The position numbers were made by a program, and so were the translations under genes. DNA of 64,000 bases from Hypanus sabinus (taxonomy: Eukaryota): positions 38,564,001 through 38,628,000 of the forward strand of contig NC_082709.1 of NCBI RefSeq assembly GCF_030144855.1. Reading direction: 5' to 3'. The notes below the pieces were generated by a model. The model was not told the origin of the DNA and made no database searches. It saw only the letters and a program-made list of their open reading frames with translations. This document shows, piece by piece, positions 27,001 to 37,298 of the stretch. Numbering within the stretch: position 1 is the first letter of the stretch; each line of letters starts with the position of its first letter.

Positions 27001-28176
27001 AAGCAGTGGATGTTGTCTATATGGACTTCAGTAGGCCTTTGACGAGGTTCCGCACGGAAGGTTAGTTAGGAAGGTTCAATTGTTAGGTATTAATATTGAA
27101 GAGGTAAAATGGATTCAACAGTGGCTGGATGGGAGATGCCAGAGAGTAGTGGTGGATAACTGTTTGTCAGGTTGGAGGACGGTGACTAGTGGTGTGCCTC
27201 AGGGATCTGTACTGGGTCCAATGTTGTTTGTCATATACATTAATGATCTGGATAATGGGGTGGTAAATTGGATTAGTAAGTATGCAGATGATACTAAGGT
27301 AGGTGGCGTTGTGGATAATGAAGTAGGTTTTCAAAGCTTGCAGAGAGATTTAGCCCAGTTAGAAGAGTGGGCTGAACAATGGCAGATGGAGTTTAATGCT
27401 GATAAGCGTGAGGTGCTACATTTTGGTAGGAATAATCCAAATAGGACATACATGGTAAATGGTAGGGCATTGAAGAATGCAGTAGAACAGAGTGATCTAG
27501 GAATAATGGTGCATAGTTCCCTGAAGGTGGAATCTCATGTGGATAGGGTGGTGAAGAAAGCTTTTGGTATGCTGGCCTTTATAAATCAGAGCATTGAGTA
27601 TAGGTGTTGGGATGTAATGTTAAAATTGTACAAGGCATTGGTAGGGCCGAATTTAGAGTATTGTGTACAGTTCTGGTCACCAAATTATAGGAAAGATGTC
27701 AACAAAATAGGGAGAATACAGAGAAGATTTACTAGAATGTTACCTGGGTTTCAGCACCTAAGTTACAGGGAAAGGTTGAACAAGTTAGGTCTTTATTCTT
27801 TGGAGCATAGAAGGTTGAGGGGGGACTTGATAGATAGAGTTGATGTGGATAGGCTTTTTCCATTGAGAGTAGGGGAGATTCAAACAAGAGGACATGAGTT
27901 GAGAGTTAGGGGGCAGAAGTTTAAGGGTAACACAAGGGGGAATTTCTTCACTCAGAGAGTGGTAGCTGTGTGGAATGAGCTTCCAGTAGAAGTGGTACGG
28001 GCAGGTTTGGTATTGTCATTTAAAGTAAAATTGGATAGGTATATGGATAGGAAAGGAATGGAGGGTTATGGGCTGAGTGCGGGCCAGTGGGATTAGGTGT
28101 GAGTAAGCATTCAGCGCGGACTAGACAGGCCGAGAAGGCCTGTTTCCATGCTGTAATTGTTATATGGTTATATGGT
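24018..28176 (+). mobile_element. Near full-length CR1 LINE, frameshifted
   Basis: 5' UTR; ORF1 24259-25205 (CxxC...CxxC, coiled coil, GDS esterase); ORF2 about 25300-28096 (APE endonuclease with SETWL, GDFN and SDH; RT with GVPQGS and YADD); (TTATATGG)2 tail; several frameshifts. Confidence 0.95.
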
Positions 28177-28439
28177 ATTCCATTAACTTAATATTTTTTA
28201 TATCTGATATTTTCAAATCTAAGAATGATTAAGAAACAGGCTGAGATAAAATGATTGTCAAGTATTTATATAAACACAAATTTACACAACTATATATATA
28301 CACACAAACACACACATACACATACTGCTTGATCCGCTGAGTTTTCCCAGAATTTTTTTTCTGTGGACACACAACACATTTTAGTTTCCATTTCCACAAT
28401 AACATTAATTTCTAATTTGCGTTGCTTGTGGTAGAGATT

Positions 28440-28613
28440 TTCTGCTGGCCCCAAATCCAGTTCTGCTTCAGCCAGTGCAGCGAGAGCTGTGCATTCCGAG
28501 GTAATGCCTCCTCCAGTCCTGCTGATCGCCGAGAGCGCTGTGTAGATCCCCCTTTGGTCTCCGTGGCGTCAAATACTTCCGGGAGTCTCACATGGGAGTG
28601 GGAGTAGGAGGCC
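28440..28613 (+). promoter_or_regulatory. Probable ASDURF/ASNSD1 promoter and 5' UTR
   Basis: Locally CpG-rich, with an ETS/GABP motif ACTTCCGG at 28575-28582 and a CRE-like TGGCGTCA at 28564-28571 just upstream of the ASDURF ATG. Confidence 0.6.
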
Positions 28614-28649
28614 ATGGAGTCTTCTCGGAAGGATCAGTTAAATAAGCAG
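28614..28649 (+). CDS. ASDURF: ASDURF coding exon 1 ([12 protein letters not shown])
   Basis: gccATGg start and CAG|gtatgg donor at 28650, phase 0; lies in a CpG-richer promoter-like region. Confidence 0.8.
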
Positions 28650-31600
28650 GTATGGTTTCCACCCGTATATCCTGGTCACCAAAATTAAGGGCTGGGTCGG
28701 AGCACCTAACCCCTGAGAAGTCCGTTGTAGTGCAGGGTTGCAAACTGCTTTCAACGAACAATCTGCTGGAGGGATTATGCGGGTCGAGCAGCATCTACGA
28801 AGAACATTAGATCACAGTACGGGCCCCTCTGCCCAAGATGTTGTGCCGGTCCTTTAAGCTACCTCACGACCAATCTACATGTCCCATACCCTCTATTTTT
28901 CTTTCATCCACGTGCCTATCAAAGAGTCCGTAGCACTGGGTGTAGGGCTGTGAAGATGATGTTCGTTTATTTTTGCCAGAAGTAGGTAGTACATCATAAA
29001 ACGAATATACGTGTACCTTGAAAGTAAACATTAGGCCATCAAAAATTAGGATATGATTTGATACTTCATAGATTTGATTTTACAACACATTAAATATATG
29101 AAAAATATTAGTTTTTGCAAAACCATTTTAGGCTGTAAATTTAAACACTTTCCTGTAAGGGGGAAAGGGATTGTCAACATTTCAGGTTGATATTGTGCAT
29201 CAGGATTGTCTACCACTTTCCCTCCACAGACGCTGCGCTGAGTTGCTTCAGCAGACTGTTCATTGGTCCAGATTACAGCATCTTCTGTCTCTGTTGCAAA
29301 TCTGAACATCAAAATACCTGTACTACAAATCTGAGATAAAAACAGCAAATTCTGGGACACACAGCAGGTCAGGCAGCATTTATGGAAAGAGAACAACACA
29401 CACAAAATGCTGGTGGAACACAGCAGGGCAGGCAGCATCTATAGGAAGAAGTACTGTCGACGTTTCGAGCTGAGACCCTTCGTCAGGACTAACTGACTGT
29501 GCTTCTTTCCTTTCAGTTAGTCCTGACGAAGGGTCTCGGCCTGAAACATTGACAGTGCTTCTTCCTATAGATGCTGCCTGGCCTGCTGTGTTGCATCAGC
29601 ATTTTGTGTGTGTTGTTTGAATTTCCAGCATCTGCAGATTTCCTCGTTTATGGAAAGAGAGACAGGTTAAAGAACAGCTTTTGTCCATGTTTTATTGCTC
29701 TAGAATCCAGCATCTTCAGTCTCAAAATTCAAAGTGAATTTGTTCTTAACTTACATATACAACCCAGAGATTCACTTTCTTTCAGACATTTATGGGAGGA
29801 AAACAAATACAATACAATTTAACGAAAACTGTACATAGACAGACTGACAAACAGCTCAAGTGCAAAAGAAGACAAAATGTGTAAATAAAAATAATGTTGA
29901 GAACAATAGTGAATTGTAAAGAGTCCTTGAAAGTGTATCTGTAGGTCATAGAATCAGATCAAAGTAGCGTTGAATGAATTTACCAATGCCTGTTCAGAGT
30001 TTGATGCTTATGGGATAGTAACTGCTCCTGAGACTGGAGGTGTGGAACCTAAAGTTTGTTAGAATTAGCAAACGGGATTTGAAATTGAATGATATAATGT
30101 AAAATTAAGAGAAATGAATAACTGGTTATTGAGGTTTCTATGGCTGGAGAGAGAACACTTTTAGAAAGTGAATTTTGAAATTGGGGCCTGGAATAGCTCT
30201 AAGGATGTTTAGTAATGGGGGAGGGGAGTTTGGGAATGCATCAGGGTGAAGAAATAGTTGCAGAAGATTTGGAACTGGAAGAGAAAATGAAGAAAGGATT
30301 GGAAAACAGATTTAAAAAGTCTAAATTGAAAGTGTTTCTTAAGTTTGAACCCTCAGTGTTGTTCAAATGGGCATTTGTATTTTTCCTAGCCATATGCTTG
30401 TGGGACAATTTTCTGTTAATGAGAATTCCAACTTGCTGGATTTTATTCTTATGTTAATCCAACCTGTGTCCAACAGATGTCATTCTGAAGTTGTTTCATT
30501 GACCCACATGTTTTGGTCTTGCCCTTGCTTGCAAAATTATTGGAAAGATATTTTCAGTGCTCTTTCAACAGTTCTGAATATCAATTTGCAACCGCATCCT
30601 ATTACTGCAATTTTCGGTTTGCCAGTGGTGGATAATAGTTGTTTATCCCCCTCAGCTCGACCGATGATTGCATTTGTTACATTAATGGCTAGAAGATCTA
30701 TCCTATTGAATTGGAAAGAAATCAATCCTCCAACTATATTTCAGTGGTTTTCTCAAACTATTTCTTGTTTTAGTTTTGAAAAAATTAGAAGTGTTGTCTT
30801 TGACCCTTCAATTAAATTTGAAGAAACTTGGAGACCATTTATTCAATATTTTCATATGAGCTAAACTGACTTTTCCTAAACCTTACTTTTATTATCCTTA
30901 ATTATTTGGATGGAGGTACGGAGTTATTGATGCTGCTGTGTATATTTGACATAATGCAATGGCCCATGTTGGTTAGGTTTTTTTCTCATTTACTCCATTT
31001 TTCGTAATTACTATGAGTTTGGGGGGGTTATTATATATGGACTATTATCTATTTGTATTTATACTTTAAACTATTAATTATGTACTCTGTATTCGTGTTT
31101 CATTTATGTTTGTTTAAAAATTAATAAAAAGATTTAAAAAGAAAGAAAAGAGAATTCCATCAATAAGTAGCTTCTAGAAATTTATTTTTTGCATTTCTGA
31201 TTAAGGGAAGTATTAGTGTTTTATAGTAATGAATAATTGTATTAGCTTTCATTTTAAAAGAATGGTTTGGTTTTCTTGGTGGACTCCTCAAGGAGCCCAG
31301 TTATAGAACACTTTTCTGAAGTTTTCCTGGAAAATCTGCCTGTACAAGCATTGCAGGTGTAAAGTACAGGAACTCCATCATTTCAACGGAGATGAGTGGA
31401 GCTGAGGAAGAGAGCAACATTTCATGGAGCTTACTATTCTGATAATTCAGTTGAAAAATTAAATAATCCTCTCATATTTAATTGTAATTTGTCTATTATT
31501 TCATTTCTGACATTTAATTATGAGTAATATGATTAATTTTAATGTTTTGACTATTTTGTGGGTGCTTCTGCATGTCAGATATATCCAGTTTATGTCTAGA

Positions 31601-34600
31601 AGGCCCTGCAATCTGCAGGACTATACCAAACATGTTGGAGATGATTTGTAGGACCAAGTTACCTGTGAAAAATACACTCAGGGTTGTTATAGACTTATGC
31701 CAATGGGGTAAAAGAGAGTGTAAATACTGCTGTGACATTCAGGTCAATACAGGGTAGTTCTGCTATAACACAATAATAGTGCGATAAAGACATTTGTATC
31801 AATGGGGGAAAAACAGGGTTAAGGGCTAAAGCATTGTGGCTTGCAGTAACAAGGTTATTTTCCTAAAGGATTTTCAAATATCAAGATGTGCATTTTGTTA
31901 CTACAAGCTAAAAATACTAAAGGCTGTATGTTACATTGTTCCTTACGGAAATATCAATAGAAGTACTTGAATTACGGTTAACTGGAACAGATCAGGAACA
32001 ATTCATTTTGCTCCAATTAAGTGGTTGTCCCAATTAGCCGAAGTTTCTTGGAAATAGTTAAACAGGTATAAAAAAGACAAGCTATCATTTAACTGAGTAA
32101 CAGATTATGTATTTAAATGAAACACAGAACATATTAGAACACTATCAATAGTACTACAGTACCATAAAATAAACAATATAAGTATATATTAGTTCCTGTT
32201 AGTATTTGACAGAGGAATACACTGCTATGTTCTTTTGATTGACTACAGTAACAAAATCAGTGCAGATAGATAATGGACTGTCTTCTACTATTTTCAATAA
32301 CTGCATCCATCAAACTTTTATTTTCATTGTAACATTATAGGTGATTATTGATATTTTCAAATTCTTCACAGTTTCTAACTTGTTGAAGTAGTGACATCTC
32401 ATTTTCACTCCTGCCCATTTCTGGTATCTCAAAGCCTGAATGCTTGAAACTGCATTAGCAAAGTTGTCCTGAGTTGTCTTACTGCTTATTTCTTATCAAC
32501 TATCAGTGACAAAAATTGCTGTTTTTTTGCACACAAGCACATGCTACTGATGCTATTTAAAAACTCTTCACTCTTAGTACAGTGTAGCGTCTTAACAGCC
32601 ACATAAGTGCACATGCCTGATGCTAGCTAGAAACTTCAGCATTCTTCTGCCCCAATTAAATGTCATAATGTCCAAATAAACATAGGGAATCCCAGCTATT
32701 TTCTCGATTAGTTTAGTTCTTTAAAAGTTGTCCCAAATAAGCAGCTGCCCCAATTAATCAATGGCCCAATTAACCAGAATCCACTGTAACTGCTGCTTAA
32801 TTTTCAATGGCTACCTATGATAAAACTCGCAGTCTGTGTTTTAAGAGACAATGGTGGATTTGTAAAGATGTTAAAGCTTATTGGGAGAAAGCAGGAGAAT
32901 GGGTTTGGAGGAAATAAATCAGTAATGATGGAATGGCAGAGCAGATTTGAAGGGTCGAATAGACCTATTCTGATGTAATGGTCTGATAACTACAGGGAGG
33001 TTATAGGCAAACAGGCTTTTCTTCCAAGACAGCAGATTTGTCCTGCCTGTCAATTTCTAAGGAAATTTTTAAAGTGGCTCTCTAGTTCTTGTTTGAATCA
33101 ATTCAGCCTGCAAATAAAACATGTGTTATTATAAGAACTAGCTGGATTCCAAAGAGAACTGCAAAGCTAAACTGCAACATGCCTGTGTATTTTTTTTCCA
33201 AATGCTTTTCCAATGTGCAATATCACCTTGTTTTTATAGATAAAAGAACAAATTGTTCTCATTGATGAACTCTCCAATCTGAAGGAAAATCGGGTAAGTG
33301 GCGTATAACCAAGACACTTTCCTGCAACTGGTGACTCTTAAAATGGCATTAATGTTGTCATAGAATTTTCTGTTGCTATTCACATCAGAATCAGGTTTAT
33401 TATCACTGGCATGTGACATGAAATATGTTAACTTAGCAGCAGCAGTTCAATGCAATACATGATAATATAGAAAGAAAAACTAAAGTTGTACTAAATATAT
33501 ATATTAAATAATTATTGAAGCTAGTACAATGTAGAAATAATATATATATATTTTTAAAAAGTGAGATAGTGTTCCTGGGTTTAGGAATTATATGGCAGAG
33601 GAGAAGAAGCTGTTCTCCTGATAGAGATTATACCCTGCCACTCTGTTGTAGCTGCTTTTGTACAACTTTCAGTTCTGCTTCCCTAGCTTTTGCTGTTTCT
33701 TATACCCATCTAAATTGATTCTATTTCACAAATTTTCAATACTAAGCTTTTAACTACTTTTTACTGTAAGGGCCACCTTACCTTTTGTCATCTTGGCCTA
33801 TTTCTTCTAGAGGCCAAGCATCCTGTAAACTTCAGTTCCCAACCATGATCGCTTTACAGGCACATCTTTGGAATGCTTATGATAAAATCATACACATTTA
33901 TTTCTGTGTTGTTAATCTACCTGTGGATTTATATATATGATGTGCATTCAGCTGCAGATACTATTTTCTTTTTGCCTTTTTTCTTTACTGTGACTCTTAA
34001 GTGAATATAAACACATGCAGTGTACTGTCCTACACTGACAAGCTCTAGTTAATATTACCTTTTTTTGTACCTTGTGCTATAGCTTTGTCCTTGCTCTTTA
34101 CATTTTCCAAATTTCTCATCACCAGAATCAACACCTTGCCCACTATAAGCTAAAGTCTTAGGGTGATATATGATGTGCTTGTCACGTGAGTTAGTGCTGA
34201 ATAGTGTCTGCCTACGTGATCTTTCTGGATCGTGGAACAAACTCGGAGTCAGGAAATTGGTTACTTTCCCAGTATAGGACCTAGTCTTGTTATCACAGTT
34301 TGCATTGTGTTCAGTGATGGCTTCTGAGAATTTCTTAATCTGATGCTTTGAATGCAAGTACATGATTAAATTGGCTTATTAGAGATGATTATTGCATGAT
34401 ACTTGTGTTGTTCAACAGTTTCTTGCCACTTATCAGCCCAGAGTTTTGTTGCCTGCAGGGTTATATTCTAATCTAATAAATTGAATATTGAAAAACACTC
34501 CGTTTATTGAATATCCATTTGTAATGGTAAATGTATTAGCACTGTGTATGCAGCTAATGGAATTTCCTTCAGCAATAGTGTAGAAGAATTTCACAATAAA

Positions 34601-35820
34601 CCAAATTTCCTTTATTTTATTTAAAGTTAGAAAGTAGTTCAAAATATGATTTGGCGAAAATCAAGGGAATAAAATTTATTTTAAAAACCCTGAATGAACC
34701 AAATGCGTTCATAGAGCCAAATAATTTGCTTTTTTAAATACATTAATTGTTTCTCCTTTTTACAATAATTGTTAACCATTCTATTTCAGAAAGTTTATAA
34801 GCAGCAACCGAATAGCTATATATTTTTTGCAGCAGATCACACACAGACTCTAAGTGAAAGTAAATGTAAGTGATTATTTTAAAATAATATTTTGTAAAAT
34901 GGTGTTGGTGAATCTGTTGTGTAAGTTATCAGATACAATGATTTTTGTTTTCTGTATTCATAAGAAGCTCTATTGTAATATTTCTGTATTAGACATTTAA
35001 TCCTTCTATTCCTTATTTCCTTACTCATTTTCAAAACATGTTCCCTTTGCTTTGTCTATTAACTTGCATTCATATTGGTCACCTTCATGAGTAGTATTTT
35101 ATCTACATGAGTGAAATGAGGTAATCATGAGTGTAATGATATCCTACTTCCATCTGACAGAAACCAATAGCCTTTGACAGTGCTTGTAAAATTCACCACC
35201 TTGTTACTCAATGGTACTTCTGGTGTCACATAGTCCTGAAATGTGAAATATGAGTTAAATTGGATATTTTAACAGAAAATTAACTGTATAGTTAAACTTT
35301 TAGAATTTATTGGATATTAAAAGCTTGAATGTGATTAAATATCCCAATCTGTGGAACAAACACTACTAAAATATTTGGCAACAGAGTTATTTTCTCCCAA
35401 TTAATTAATTAACAATTATGAGCATATTAATAGTATTCTTCTTATGATTGGTTACTAAATATATTTATTATTCTATCCATTATTCATTTCTAAGTCTTTT
35501 ACTTATGAGAAGAAAATAATGCATGTTCTGCCTGTTAATCATAAAGTTAATAAGATGGCAGTGTCTATCTTCAAAAGATTTCTTTAAAATTGGGCATTCT
35601 TAAAGCACGAGGAGGTTCAAATCAATTTGGTACTACTTTGCTTTGTATTAAATTTGCTCTGAAAGTGATGGCTGCTGTGTTTTGCTTTGTCAGAGAAGGT
35701 TCAAAGGACTCTCCAAAGAATCTAATTATTGGTGTGTAATTTATAGGTTCCCTTGATGAGATGAGAAAGGAATACCAGGAATTGGAAAATACTGAGGAAG
35801 TGAAGAAGCAATCAACATAA
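28614..35820 (+). CDS. ASDURF: ASNSD1 upstream ORF protein (prefoldin-like PAQosome subunit), 79 aa, join(28614..28649,33240..33293,34790..34865,35747..35820)
   Basis: Four GT-AG exons (36+54+76+74=240 nt) splice in phase to [79 protein letters not shown]. This closely matches human ASDURF as I recall it ([31 protein letters not shown]...). The start has a gccATGg Kozak context and an in-frame TAG 9 nt upstream. Confidence 0.93.
29393..29646. mobile_element. Inverted pair of Penelope-like terminal repeats (fold-back insertion) with 14-bp TSD
   Basis: Inverted arms of about 105 bp (29392-29496 and about 29513-29617); TTTATGGAAAGAGA at 29379-29392 and 29647-29660. Confidence 0.8.
29454..29495 (-). 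ncRNA. Minimal type I hammerhead ribozyme motif in a Penelope-like repeat
   Basis: Minus strand reads AGUC-CUGACGA-A-GGGU(CUCA)GCUC-GAAA-C-GUC^GAC. It has core CUGANGA and GAAA, stem II, a loopless palindromic stem III (ACGU), a GUC cleavage triplet and a short stem I (GUC/GAC). Confidence 0.65.
30460..31150 (+). mobile_element. L1/Tx1-type LINE 3' end
   Basis: C-terminal zinc-knuckle remnant RC...THMFWSCP..YW; AATAAA and an A-rich tail at about 31123-31150. Confidence 0.8.
31966..32788. mobile_element. Non-autonomous Tigger/pogo-like DNA transposon
   Basis: Right end CCCAATTAACCAGAATCCACTG-TA, degenerate left end, repeated subterminal CCCAATTA motifs. Confidence 0.6.
33240..33293 (+). CDS. 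ASDURF: ASDURF coding exon 2 ([18 protein letters not shown])
   Basis: tttttatag| acceptor and |gtaagt donor, 54 nt. Confidence 0.93.
34790..34865 (+). CDS. ASDURF: ASDURF coding exon 3 ([25 protein letters not shown])
   Basis: ctatttcag| acceptor and |gtaagt donor, 76 nt, ending in phase 1. Confidence 0.93.
35747..35820 (+). CDS. ASDURF: ASDURF coding exon 4, the same exon that carries the ASNSD1 start
   Basis: tttatag|GT completes TGT; reads [23 protein letters not shown] with TAA at 35818-35820, 41 nt before the ASNSD1 ATG. Confidence 0.92.
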
Positions 35821-35861
35821 GTGCTATTGATTGACATGGATGGATAAATAAATGGCATGAA

Positions 35862-37298
35862 ATGTGTGGAATTTGCTGTATGTTAGTTTTGTCCCCCCAA
35901 AATGTTCCTGATAATTTGGGAGAGGAGATGCTTGAATGCCTTCGACGAAGAGGTCCTAACTGTAGTCAACAGTTATCCAAAGTGGTGCCTGATCTGGGCT
36001 ATAGTTGTTGCTTTTCTGGTCATGTGCTGCACATGAGAGGAAGCCTAAATCCACAGCCCATGCAGGATGCTCAAGGAAATCTCCTGCTTTGGAATGGGGA
36101 GGTGTTTGGGGGTATTGAAATGAAACCTGAAGACAATGACACTCAGATTATTCTTCAGCATTTATCTACATGTAACAGTGAAGAAGACATTCTATCTGTC
36201 TTTTCATCTATTCGAGGACCTTGGGCTTTTATCTATTACCAACCGTCCACTCATTGTTTGTGGTTTGGTCGAGACTATTTTGGTCGCCGTAGTTTATTAT
36301 GGCAGTTTAAAAATCCCTACCTTGCTCTTGTATCGGTGAGTGCTTCTCTCCCAAACTGTCTAAGTGTCCCTTGGTATGAAGTACCAGCACGTGGACTTTA
36401 TAAAATTGACCTACAAAAACAGCTCCATCCCAGCTCTCTGGCAATAACGTGGTACCCATGGAAACATATCTCAACTGAACGTGAAATGGCTTCTCACTTA
36501 CAAGCTCAGTTCACGGAAGAACTTCCTAATTTTGTTTCTGTGCTTTTGAATGAATCAAGGATTTTCCTCAGAGCCCCCATCATTGCTATGAATTGCAGTA
36601 TTCCAGATCCATGTACAGAAAACAATTATTCTGCAACAAATTTGACAAATGTTGACATGTATCTTTCAGATGAACACAAGAAAAAAATTGTTCATCAATT
36701 TATTGATATTTTGAATGAATCTGTTAGACGACGAGTGCTTTTTTTACCAAGGAACCTAAATCCATCTGATTGTGCAGTGCATAAAATGAATTCTGATAAA
36801 GCTAAAGTAGCAATTCTTTTTTCTGGAGGTGTTGATTCTATGGTCCTCTCTGCCTTGGCTGACCGACATGTTCCTGCAGATGAACCTATTGACTTACTGA
36901 ACGTAGCCTTTGAGCAGCGAGAAAAGAAAATGCAAAAAATCTCAAAGAAAAAGCAGCGACAGAACAATACTGCTGATGCATCAGGAACAGAGACTTCAAA
37001 AAATGACAGTGTTGGTGTTAAGGAGAAGACTGCTTTTAATGTGCCTGATCGTATCACTGGCCAGGCTGGTTTAAAAGAATTACAAATTGTAAACCCTTCC
37101 AGACATTGGAATTTTATAGAAATCAATGTCACATTAGAAGAGCTGAAAGAAATGAGACAACACCGGATTAGCCATTTGGTAAAACCCCTGGACACTGTTT
37201 TGGATGACAGCATTGGCTGTGCAGTGTGGTTTGCAGCAAGAGGTATTGGTATTAACACCAGCAATGAAGAAATCCAGCAATACGTCAGCACTGCTAAG
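35862..37298 (+). CDS. ASNSD1: ASNSD1 first coding segment
   Basis: 479 codons ending at an AAG|gtgagg donor. Confidence 0.96.

Noticed and set aside
36695-37291. 198-aa minus-strand ORF
   Set aside because: It is the antisense shadow of the ASNSD1 exon and has no recognisable motif.
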